From positions 1 to 16,316 of the forward strand of contig JAWXAY010000089.1 in the NCBI GenBank assembly GCA_034439715.1: a DNA stretch of 16,316 bases. Reading direction: 5' to 3'. Positions 1-7,443 of this stretch are shown one piece after another. The number at the start of each line of letters is the position of its first letter. The first letter of the stretch is position 1. A program made the position numbers and the translations under genes. This DNA is from Pseudomonadota bacterium (GTDB lineage: Bacteria > Bdellovibrionota > Bdellovibrionia > Bdellovibrionales > SG-bin7). The notes beneath the pieces were generated by a model. It was not told the origin of the DNA. It worked only from the letters and a program-made list of their open reading frames with translations, and did no database searches.

Positions 1-81
1 AAACTCCGTTGGAGGCGAGCACCAAAAAAGCAATTCGCGCTTTATGCCAACTGTAAAACTACCACGAAGGAGAAATTGCAC

Positions 82-411
82 TTAATATTTGAAGACACGC
101 TTGGTTATGTCGTGAGAAAATTTAAATTTAAGTATAATCAGGTCTAGCGACCCCTGCATTTTGGCGACTATTTTCTCATCCCAAATTTTTGTGAGCTTAG
201 ATTCAGTTTCGGCGATGACTTCCTCAACTCTGACCTTTGAATAAATGCTATTGAATAGATTCATTCCCACAAAGTAGGCCTGTTCATAGTTACCTTGGGA
301 TTCCAGGTCCCTCAAATGTTTTAGACTTTCTTGTTCCTGATTGAAGGAAAGCTCTAAGGCGCCAGCGGGTAGACTAAAAATAACTAATATATAAAAAACG
401 AACTGTTTCAT
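82..411 (-). CDS. Hypothetical exported protein (109 aa)
   Basis: ATG preceded by an AAGGAG RBS on the minus strand. N-terminal signal peptide MKQFVFYILVIFSLPAGA. No recognisable family. Confidence 0.65.
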   Translation of the reverse strand: MKQFVFYILVIFSLPAGALELSFNQEQESLKHLRDLESQGNYEQAYFVGMNLFNSIYSKVRVEEVIAETESKLTKIWDEKIVAKMQGSLDLIILKFKFSHDITKRVFKY

Positions 412-535
412 AGGGTCTCCTTGTTAGACCTCAATTTATAAGAAGGTATGAAATTTGTACATGCACAATAGTGCACAACTTTGGTCCTAACTTTTTTTTG
501 TTTCACTAGTTTAATAAGATAGAGTAACATTTGGC

Positions 536-772
536 ATGCTTCGACAGATAGGAATACTAAGCATTCTTGGTTTAAGCAGCGTTTCTTATGCTGTCACGTG
601 CCCACTCAATTTAAAAGACAAACATATAGTTTTTAAAGATACGAGGCGCCTGCAAACGAGCGAAGTATTTGACGTCCTTGAAGTTAAAACAAAAGAAGAT
701 ATCGTCACTGCCGTAAAGTGTGCGAATGAACTAGGCCTAAAAATGTCAATTTCGAATTTCCGGCCAGAGTGA
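536..772 (+). pseudogene. Truncated N-terminal fragment of an exported FAD-binding oxidoreductase (FAD_binding_4/VAO-like)
   Basis: Signal peptide, then D-x-x-RL...V.EVKTKEDIVTAVKCANELGLKMSIS. This matches the start of PCMH-type FAD-binding domains. The ORF stops where the G-x-x-H-S-x-G-G loop is expected, and no continuation is seen downstream. Confidence 0.5.
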
Positions 773-903
773 TGGCAATTTTTTTTGAATTTTTTAGGAC
801 CCACATCCCAAATCGCATGCTTTTAATGTCAGAAGGCAAAGCCGCTTGTTGTTTGCCTATGCGAAACTAACCAGCTTCAGCGAACTTTTGAAGTGTTTTT
901 GAT

Positions 904-1428
904 TCAGTCTTCATCGTTCACTATGCCAATGCGACGCTTTGACGTAACAATTGGCTTCATTAGTTCTCGAATAGTATCAAAAACTATCTTGAACTGACTG
1001 TCGTACTTTTTCTCTAATTCGGTTAGCTTGCTAGATAGGTCATGATTAGAAAGAAGTATTTCTCGTAGTTTTACGAATGATCGCATGATTTCTATATTAA
1101 CTAAAGCTGCCCGCTCACTCTTTAGAACTCCTGAGAGCATTGCCACTCCTTGCTCTGTAAACACAAAAGGCAAGTACTGTCTGCCTCCCCTTGGGTCCGT
1201 TCTTATTTTTGAGATGCCAATTTGGCATCTCAAAAATTCCCATTCTTTTTCAGATAGTTGGAACATAAAGTCCTGAGGAAACCGATTTTGGTTGCGCCGT
1301 ACGGCGCGATTAAATGCCCCTGTCTCAACGCCATAAAGAGTTGCTAAGTCGACATCCAGCAAAACCCGACACCCACGAATAAAAAATATTTTTTGTCCGA
1401 TTTCTTGCAAAGACAGGCTTGAGGACAT
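904..1428 (-). CDS. ORF6N domain-containing DNA-binding protein
   Basis: Motifs IRG.RVLLD.DLA.LYGVET..FNRAVRRN..RFP.DFMFQL, GGR.YLP.VFTEQGVAMLS.VLKS.RA..VNIEIMR.FV, and the C-terminal tail KYD.QFK.VFD.IREL...RRIG. Start moved from 1479 to ATG 1428, which has a GGAG RBS. Confidence 0.92.
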   Translation of the reverse strand: MSSSLSLQEIGQKIFFIRGCRVLLDVDLATLYGVETGAFNRAVRRNQNRFPQDFMFQLSEKEWEFLRCQIGISKIRTDPRGGRQYLPFVFTEQGVAMLSGVLKSERAALVNIEIMRSFVKLREILLSNHDLSSKLTELEKKYDSQFKIVFDTIRELMKPIVTSKRRIGIVNDED

Positions 1429-1805
1429 CCAACGCTCCAATAAATGATTTATTGAAAATAATAAGCAAGAGCCATACATAGTTCTTAGTGAGATTTTCTG
1501 GCAACTGAAAGTAATTAGCTCCGGATTTCAATAATTCAACTACGAATAGCGGATTATTTCTCAAGAATTTTGATAGGCATTCAGCAGCTCCATTCACAAA
1601 AGTGCTAAAAGATCAGCCAAATGTAGACAGGTTCCACAGAGGTTCCTTTTATGACTGAAAAAAGAGAGTCGGTTAATCGATTTTGTTTAGGCTTCTAATA
1701 AGTTAAGGAAAATTCTGGGTTCAGTCCGAATAAATAGCCATACAAAATATAAACTACAGATTTTTTTGACATTGCTATTAAAACATTTAGACAAAGTAAA
1801 CCAGC

Positions 1806-3101
1806 TTATTTTGCAGGAATAGGCATAAGATCTTCAGGTCTATATCGAAAAAATAAATCATCACAATATTTACAGTTAGGTAACACCAAGGCTTCAACTT
1901 CCACAGTTTTTTTTTCGGACTGTTGAGCTTGGTTTTTCAAAGCCTGCATGTACTTATAATCGGTTAGGGAGGGAGTCACAACTGTATTGGCTAAGGACGG
2001 GTGGGTATGCACATGTGTAATTCTACTTATTTTGTCCGGCTGTAAAAAAATTTTTGAATTGTCGTAGGCCTTATCCATATCCATGCCGGATATGCTACCG
2101 AGATTACCAGACGTAAAATTAACAACCCTTGAGGTTCCGTCATCGTAATCAACGATCAGAGACCCAAACTCTCTCTCGCGTCCAGCCTTAGAAGCCAGAG
2201 ACTGTTCTTTAACTTCCTTCAGTAGTTTTCGCATTTTTTTTGATTGAGCCGCAATAGATGCGGTATCAAAAGATACTACCGCCGTTTCATCGACTGATTT
2301 CACTGTGGCAGTAATTCGCACATTTTGAGGAATGGGTTTGGACCCATCATATCTGGGATCTTTCATAAACTCCGTCACTTCGGTTTCATTTTTTGCTTTG
2401 AAAACAAGTGCGTTCTGTGTGTTAGTCTGTGAGGGTTGGATTACCTTTTTAGTCTTAAGCGAAGCCAGTGTCTTCTGGTACTTAGGAAGTGTTTTGAGTT
2501 TTTCAAAAATTTTTTCGGCAAACGCATTACTGGAACCGCTGAAGAAATAACTTAGCCCCCCAGCTGTTACTACATAACCAAGTCCCTCACACGCCATCTC
2601 CGCTTTGATTTGGGGATCAATACTCTCAAAATTTTCATAAATTCTGTTAGCTTCATTCTGAAAAAACACAAAGTAATTAGTTAACTCCTGGTTTAGTTCC
2701 GAAATATTTTTAGTTAAGAAGACAGTATTTTTTTGAACGGCTTCAACCGTTTTAGCCGCAATTCGTGGAGCAACCATTACGCTGGTTAAAGGATTAATTG
2801 CTAAACCCAAAATAACGAGAGGGTTATTGAGACGGTCTTTAACTGCTTCAACTGGATGTAAAATAAAATTCCTGGCCTGTTCATAAATGCTGATCGCCGC
2901 TCCCCCGGAGGCATCCCAGCCGCCGACCAGAATTTTTTGTGCACATTGCGACGCACTGTTGATATAGGCCCCGTCAAGTAGTGTGCTGGTAATTTGAGAA
3001 GTATCATTAAGGGAATCAACGCCTGGCTTTGTGAAAATAGGAGAAGGTGGACACTCGCTATGGGCGATACTTATAAGGAACATGATTTTTAGCCAAAGCA
3101 T
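1806..3101 (-). CDS. Exported protein with a C-terminal JAB/MPN-like (JAMM-motif) domain; possible effector or toxin
   Basis: Signal peptide MLWLKIMFLISIAHS. The C-terminal ~125 aa contain RE-FG...ITHVHTHP-x9-S-x-x-D, the E...HxH...SxxD metal-binding pattern of JAB domains. Confidence 0.7.
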   Translation of the reverse strand: MLWLKIMFLISIAHSECPPSPIFTKPGVDSLNDTSQITSTLLDGAYINSASQCAQKILVGGWDASGGAAISIYEQARNFILHPVEAVKDRLNNPLVILGLAINPLTSVMVAPRIAAKTVEAVQKNTVFLTKNISELNQELTNYFVFFQNEANRIYENFESIDPQIKAEMACEGLGYVVTAGGLSYFFSGSSNAFAEKIFEKLKTLPKYQKTLASLKTKKVIQPSQTNTQNALVFKAKNETEVTEFMKDPRYDGSKPIPQNVRITATVKSVDETAVVSFDTASIAAQSKKMRKLLKEVKEQSLASKAGREREFGSLIVDYDDGTSRVVNFTSGNLGSISGMDMDKAYDNSKIFLQPDKISRITHVHTHPSLANTVVTPSLTDYKYMQALKNQAQQSEKKTVEVEALVLPNCKYCDDLFFRYRPEDLMPIPAK

Positions 3102-3193
3102 CTAAATGATTATCTCATTTCTATTGCTGGCGTGGCAGTCCTGATCAAATTCGAACTGTTTTGCAATAAGGCTAAAGACCAGGGGCCTGCACT

Positions 3194-3241
3194 TTGGGTA
3201 GTTCTGCCATTTTGTTGATAATGTGTATTAGAACTACCCAA
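3194..3241. repeat. Perfect 12-bp inverted repeat (stem-loop, 24-nt loop)
   Basis: TTGGGTAGTTCT at 3194-3205 and AGAACTACCCAA at 3230-3241, about 20 nt past the stop codon of the 3261-3710 gene. No following U-tract. Confidence 0.75.
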
Positions 3242-3260
3242 TGCAAATTGAAATGATCGG

Positions 3261-3710
3261 TTAAATTTCGATTCTATCGTAAAAAATCACTTCGCAGGAA
3301 TCCCGCTTGGCATCCACTAAGACTGCTCCAGCAGATGTAACTCCAAGAAATGTTTTTATGCTTGTCGCTAAACCATAAGGAGCGTTGAACTCCAATGAGA
3401 GTTTTACTTCCTCACCATTTTTGGATATGAAAACATACTCTCTTAGACCTTCGTCATTTCCACGAACATGTTGTGCTCTGTTGTTCACCGAACTCACTGC
3501 TAAAGTCTCTGTTTGACCACCTTGAGTCACCAACAGTTTTACGTTGTAGCGCCCATTTTGTGCCTGTGACCACTGACCGTTGTTACTACTCAAAGTAATC
3601 TGGTCTCCTGAGTTCGTTACGCACGTTAAATCACGTGGAAAAGCCGGATCGGCGTGGGTCTCAAAACTCATACCTACTATTGCTAATCCGATCATTACTA
3701 TCTTTTTCAT
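3261..3710 (-). CDS. Hypothetical exported beta-rich protein
   Basis: AAGGAG RBS before ATG 3710. Signal peptide MKKIVMIGLAIVGMSFETHA. One Cys near each end of the mature chain suggests a disulfide. Confidence 0.8.
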   Translation of the reverse strand: MKKIVMIGLAIVGMSFETHADPAFPRDLTCVTNSGDQITLSSNNGQWSQAQNGRYNVKLLVTQGGQTETLAVSSVNNRAQHVRGNDEGLREYVFISKNGEEVKLSLEFNAPYGLATSIKTFLGVTSAGAVLVDAKRDSCEVIFYDRIEI

Positions 3711-3885
3711 TTTTATCTCCTTTGTTGTTGTTAGTTTCCGCCAGGCCAATATCTATGTGGGGGCAAAGTAAATCCAATAGTTAAATCTTGTCTTTTATGT
3801 GGTGTATTGTTGTGATTTATTATACATTGCAGCAATTAACTCAGAAATTCTTGAGAGTTTTGATGTGATATGTTGTGGTTCTGTC

Positions 3886-5739
3886 GTGGAAAGTAAAAAT
3901 CTGCGTACCTACATTGCTAACACTTACTACAAGGGAAAATATAGCGAAATCCTTGCTTTCGTTGGGCGAAATCCTCTTGATCCAAAAGACGAAGAGTTCG
4001 AGCTCAAAACCTCATTTCAAATTGGTGCCTTGGTTTTTTTGGGCGAGTTTCAAGAGGCCAAAATTATTTTTGAGAGGGCGATTAAGTTAACAAATCCTAC
4101 CTTAGCTTTCATTTGTCGTTGTCGGTTTTTTCTCGGAGTGGGTAGTGTTCGCAGATCTGATTATGCAGCGGCTAGAACGTACTTCGCGCAAAACATATTA
4201 GCTAAAAAGAAAAGTTTAAACTCTAAAGAGCGAGGGATTGCAGAAATATCATTTTATGCCCTACAGGGCAGTGCATTTTTTAGATTTTTTAGAGGTCAAT
4301 TTAATAGAGCTGCAGTTATAGCAGAGCGAGCTTATGCGGTGGCATTCGAAGATCGCTTTAAGTATGGTCAGATTTTAGCATTGGACTTACTTGGTCATTC
4401 ATTTTTTCAGCTAGGCTCAATAAGGAGAGGCACTTTTGAACTTGAGAAGGCTTTGACTCTTGCAAAGAGCCTAGGAAATGGCGGTATCGTTGCCGCTCTG
4501 TCAGTTTCTCTAGTTAAATATCGTGCTCAGTTTGGACTTGATATACAAAATTCAATTCAACAGCTGAGTGGTACGCTGGCTTCACTTTCTTCTGAGGATG
4601 TGTATTCAAGATCTGAACTTTATCTCGAGCTTATTCGGCAGTTGGTTCTTCGCGGGCAGGGAAAAGCCGCACAGAAACTTATAGAAAAAGTTAGTCATTT
4701 AATCTATCAACATCAGAACAAAAGACAATCAGCTGTTTTTAACCTGCGATATTCCCATCTTCTACTGCTTCGAGGTGATCCTCAAGCAGCCCTGGCTCTT
4801 ACAAGCGCAGTGAGTAGCAATTTAGATCCTAAAATTGATATTTTGATTTCAAAGCAAGCAGAAGGGCTTTCTCGTAAGATTAGAGAACATTTGAACGGTG
4901 ATAATGCCAATGGACAGTCTTTGGCAAAATTTTCCGCAAATTTTATAGATGCCAGAATTGAGCGGCGTCATTCTATTGATAGGTTGAGTTCAAATAATTT
5001 GGGTGAAGATCCGCTTGGCGATATTTTAGATCGAATTCGTCTTGAAGGAAGTGCGCTGTTTTACGAAATAAAAAAACTTGGCCTATTAGGACTTTTGCCG
5101 CAGGTACTCAATATCACTTTGGGATCATCGGGAATTTATTTGGGGCCGAGTCGCGGTGAGATGTTGATTGTTAGTGGTGGGGATGTGATCTGTCTTGATC
5201 ATGGAATCACTGGTCCTATAAAAAAACTCATACTTTGCCTTTGCGGGCCCGAATATAAGTCCAAGGAATTTTTAATCGAAAAGGTTTGGAACTATACTTA
5301 TGATTCTTCTATTCATGATAGCCTTTTGCACGCCACAATCGGGAAGTTGAGGAATCTTTTAGGTGATTGTGCTGGGTGGGTGGAGTGGTCAAATAAAGGC
5401 TATAAGCTGTCCGATCATATTTCTATTTTTACTGCAAGTGCAACGCCTACTAAAGATGATGAATTTCGCTTTCAGGAAGATAGAATGAAAAAAAAATCGC
5501 AGGAATCTGCGGGTAAAGTTAGCCCAGGTGTGGATCTCAATTCTCGTCAAATTGGAGTGCTTCACTCGTTGAAACCGGGTAAATTTATTAGTGTTAAAGA
5601 GTATACTAAGGTATACAAAGTAAGCAGTATGACGGCATGCCGTGACTTAAGTTATTTACATAAAACGGGACGTGTATTACGAATAGGAAGAGGTCGAGCT
5701 ACCGGTTACGCTTTAGTAGGAGATTTGTATGAATTGTAA
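3886..5739 (+). CDS. Large transcriptional regulator: TPR-like helical N-terminus, OmpR/PhoB-type winged helix, and C-terminal DeoR-like HTH
   Basis: TPR-like helices (e.g. ALDLLGHSFFQLGSIRRGTFELEKAL). Trans_reg_C-like segment SKEFLIEKVW...DSLLHATIGKLRNLL. DeoR-like segment LNSRQ...ISVKEY...VSSMTACRDLSYL...G...RIGRGRATGY. Start is uncertain: the frame is open from 3799, and GTG 3886 was chosen. Confidence 0.8.
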   Translation: MESKNLRTYIANTYYKGKYSEILAFVGRNPLDPKDEEFELKTSFQIGALVFLGEFQEAKIIFERAIKLTNPTLAFICRCRFFLGVGSVRRSDYAAARTYFAQNILAKKKSLNSKERGIAEISFYALQGSAFFRFFRGQFNRAAVIAERAYAVAFEDRFKYGQILALDLLGHSFFQLGSIRRGTFELEKALTLAKSLGNGGIVAALSVSLVKYRAQFGLDIQNSIQQLSGTLASLSSEDVYSRSELYLELIRQLVLRGQGKAAQKLIEKVSHLIYQHQNKRQSAVFNLRYSHLLLLRGDPQAALALTSAVSSNLDPKIDILISKQAEGLSRKIREHLNGDNANGQSLAKFSANFIDARIERRHSIDRLSSNNLGEDPLGDILDRIRLEGSALFYEIKKLGLLGLLPQVLNITLGSSGIYLGPSRGEMLIVSGGDVICLDHGITGPIKKLILCLCGPEYKSKEFLIEKVWNYTYDSSIHDSLLHATIGKLRNLLGDCAGWVEWSNKGYKLSDHISIFTASATPTKDDEFRFQEDRMKKKSQESAGKVSPGVDLNSRQIGVLHSLKPGKFISVKEYTKVYKVSSMTACRDLSYLHKTGRVLRIGRGRATGYALVGDLYEL

Positions 5740-6205
5740 AATTTTATTTTTGTTTGTTAGTTTTGTCGCGGCTTTTGGACATGCGACTCAGTCAAGAATG
5801 GGCGCCTATGAAGTCCCGGCGCCTGATAATTTAAAGCCTTATGCAACTTATCAGATGGTAATTACGGAAGACGCATATAAAAAGGGGCCGAACATATTTA
5901 CTTTTCCGTTGCCGCAAAGTTTGATTGGGGAAAAGAGAGTTTTTACCATAGTGAGAGTTGATGATACGACGACTTGGATTGGTGAAAATGTTTCTGGTGT
6001 TTGCGAAGTCATTGAAAAATATTTTAAGTGTACGGTAAAGTTCCGCAATCTTACTATCGATCTGCAGCAGGTAAATGAGGCAGTTCGGGCGGAGTTTCCT
6101 AATGACATTGTGAATAAACGCATGGCTGTGGCGCAGTTGTTTGCGGCAGAGCCCATAGGCATTGTGACATACGAAATGACTGATGAAGAACAGAAGCTTC
6201 AATAA
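5729..6205 (+). CDS. Hypothetical exported protein, overlapping the end of the upstream regulator
   Basis: AGGAG RBS lies inside the regulator's last codons, with an 11-nt overlap. Signal peptide MNCKILFLFVSFVAAFGHA. Two close Cys in the mature region. Confidence 0.8.
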   Translation: MNCKILFLFVSFVAAFGHATQSRMGAYEVPAPDNLKPYATYQMVITEDAYKKGPNIFTFPLPQSLIGEKRVFTIVRVDDTTTWIGENVSGVCEVIEKYFKCTVKFRNLTIDLQQVNEAVRAEFPNDIVNKRMAVAQLFAAEPIGIVTYEMTDEEQKLQ

Positions 6206-6283
6206 TTACTTTTTATCAAGCTCCCAAGCCATCCAAAAACTGAAATAGAATGTGGACCTATGGTATCCAACATATATTCCGGA

Positions 6284-6400
6284 CTAAACCCACTGGCCCC
6301 CCTGCTCCATCTCGTCATCCCAACACACTTCGGCTTGAGAAAATATTGGTGCAAGTGACAATGCGGTCACGATAAGTAAGATTGTATTCCTGGATTTCAC
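6284..6400 (-). CDS. Small exported peptide (38 aa), possibly frameshifted in a G6 run; not in the ORF track
   Basis: GTG start after a G9 run. Translation MKSRNTILLIVTALSLAPIFSQA|EVCWDDEMEQGGQWV* has a clear signal peptide. It starts 30 nt after the stop of the co-directional 6430-7185 gene. Confidence 0.5.
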   Translation of the reverse strand: MKSRNTILLIVTALSLAPIFSQAEVCWDDEMEQGGQWV

Positions 6401-6429
6401 AAAGCCCCCCCCCGCATTACGTTCTTTAA

Positions 6430-7185
6430 TTAAATTTCCGGTAGTATGGTATTTAGTTCGCCGGAATAACAGTAGTCCGCTTGAGAAAACTGATATGTAT
6501 TTCCGGAGAAGCCGGCTAACCTGAGCGCCTTCCAGTTGCCAAAAATTCCGAGCTTCAATCTTCCTGCTGTTGCTCTGACAGCCTCAGATTGACATAAACT
6601 GCCGATGGGTTGATTAATCACGACACGAATAACTTCACCAGATGATGCGACTTTGGCTTCGAAACTAAATGAATTGGCATTAGATACAAGATTCGTTAAA
6701 TCTTTCGTTACTAACTCGTATGATGGATTCAAGGTCCCGTCACCGACATTGCCAGGGTAACTGCCATTTGCTCCAGCGGCCTGATCACCACCCTCGACAC
6801 AAGTAACTGTGGTGTTTTGACTGGGCGAATCTGCAAAGCTAACAACACCAATAGCAACACCAATCGGTAAGCATAGGCCAGCCCCACACGAAGCCTCCCT
6901 ACAGATATTTGCTGTCTCGATACATTTGGTTGCCGGGCCGTTTACTAAATCAAGTACCGCACAAACTTCTTGGTTTCTGCAATTAGAGTCAAATGTACAG
7001 GCATTGAGATCATCGAGCTTGGACTGCGATATTATAAGAGATTTTTCTCGCAATATTCCGCTGGCAGCTTGATTTCTCTGTCCCTCTTTAAATTTTAAGC
7101 CGTTACTACAGCGAATTGAACCTATAGTTGCTAATGCAAGCGCGCATATTAAAACGCACTTTTTAACATTTTTTTCTTTTCTCAT
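6430..7185 (-). CDS. Cys-rich hypothetical lipoprotein or exported protein
   Basis: GGAG RBS. Basic N-terminus plus hydrophobic stretch ending in IRC (possible lipobox). Disulfide-rich module CTFDSNCRNQEVC...C...C...C...C. Confidence 0.75.
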   Translation of the reverse strand: MRKEKNVKKCVLICALALATIGSIRCSNGLKFKEGQRNQAASGILREKSLIISQSKLDDLNACTFDSNCRNQEVCAVLDLVNGPATKCIETANICREASCGAGLCLPIGVAIGVVSFADSPSQNTTVTCVEGGDQAAGANGSYPGNVGDGTLNPSYELVTKDLTNLVSNANSFSFEAKVASSGEVIRVVINQPIGSLCQSEAVRATAGRLKLGIFGNWKALRLAGFSGNTYQFSQADYCYSGELNTILPEI

Positions 7186-7231
7186 TTTCTTACTCCATTT
7201 TTAGTTTTTAACTTTCGCTCGGATTTTAATT

Positions 7232-7248
7232 TGCAAAATGCGGTCCAA
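7232..7248 (-). promoter_or_regulatory. Candidate sigma-54 (-24/-12) promoter for the 6430-7185 gene
   Basis: The minus strand reads TTGGACCGCATTTTGCA, i.e. GG-N10-GC with TTGCA, about 47 nt upstream of the ATG. Confidence 0.6.
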
Positions 7249-7320
7249 GGCGCTTGATTGTTTAATTCGATTTGGGCCAGATTTTGGTGCTCGAAAATGT
7301 CAAGTTTTTCACCACATGAA

Positions 7321-7339
7321 TGTATTCTTTCAGAATACA
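7321..7339. promoter_or_regulatory. Palindromic operator-like site TGTATTCT-N3-AGAATACA
   Basis: Perfect 8-3-8 inverted repeat in the divergent intergenic region. The half-site AGAATACAC recurs at 7426-7434. Confidence 0.6.
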
Positions 7340-7342
7340 CCG

Positions 7343-7376
7343 AATGCCTTTAAATCTAGTTTAATGCCTTTAAATC
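7343..7376 (+). repeat. 14-bp direct repeat AATGCCTTTAAATC x2, 20-bp period
   Basis: Exact copies at 7343-7356 and 7363-7376. Confidence 0.75.
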
Positions 7377-7443
7377 GTCTCAATTTGATAAAAATTCAGA
7401 AATGAATTTGATTATTAACAATTATAGAATACACTTATTATAT

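Noticed and set aside
1..81. Possible gene ends at the left edge: plus-strand TPLEASTKKAIRALCQL* ending at 56, or an open minus frame continuing past the stop at 82
   Set aside because: Several frames are open over this short stretch and cannot be told apart without flanking sequence.
462..475. TGCAC-N4-GTGCA palindrome between divergent genes, resembling an NtrC site
   Set aside because: The arms are only 5 bp and the spacing differs from the NtrC consensus. No correctly spaced -24/-12 motif was found nearby.
834..858. AGGCAAA-N11-TTTGCCT hairpin between convergent genes
   Set aside because: It has a 7-bp stem, a large loop and no adjacent U-tract, which is too weak to call a terminator.
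1325..1597. 90-aa minus-strand ORF overlapping ORF6N
   Set aside because: It overlaps a well-supported gene in another frame and has no RBS or motif. It is not convincing as an immunity gene for the JAB protein.
3104..3120. AAATGA-N5-TCATTT palindrome containing GATAATCATT (Fur-box-like) before the JAB-domain gene
   Set aside because: Only about 11 of 19 positions match the Fur consensus, which is unremarkable in AT-rich DNA.
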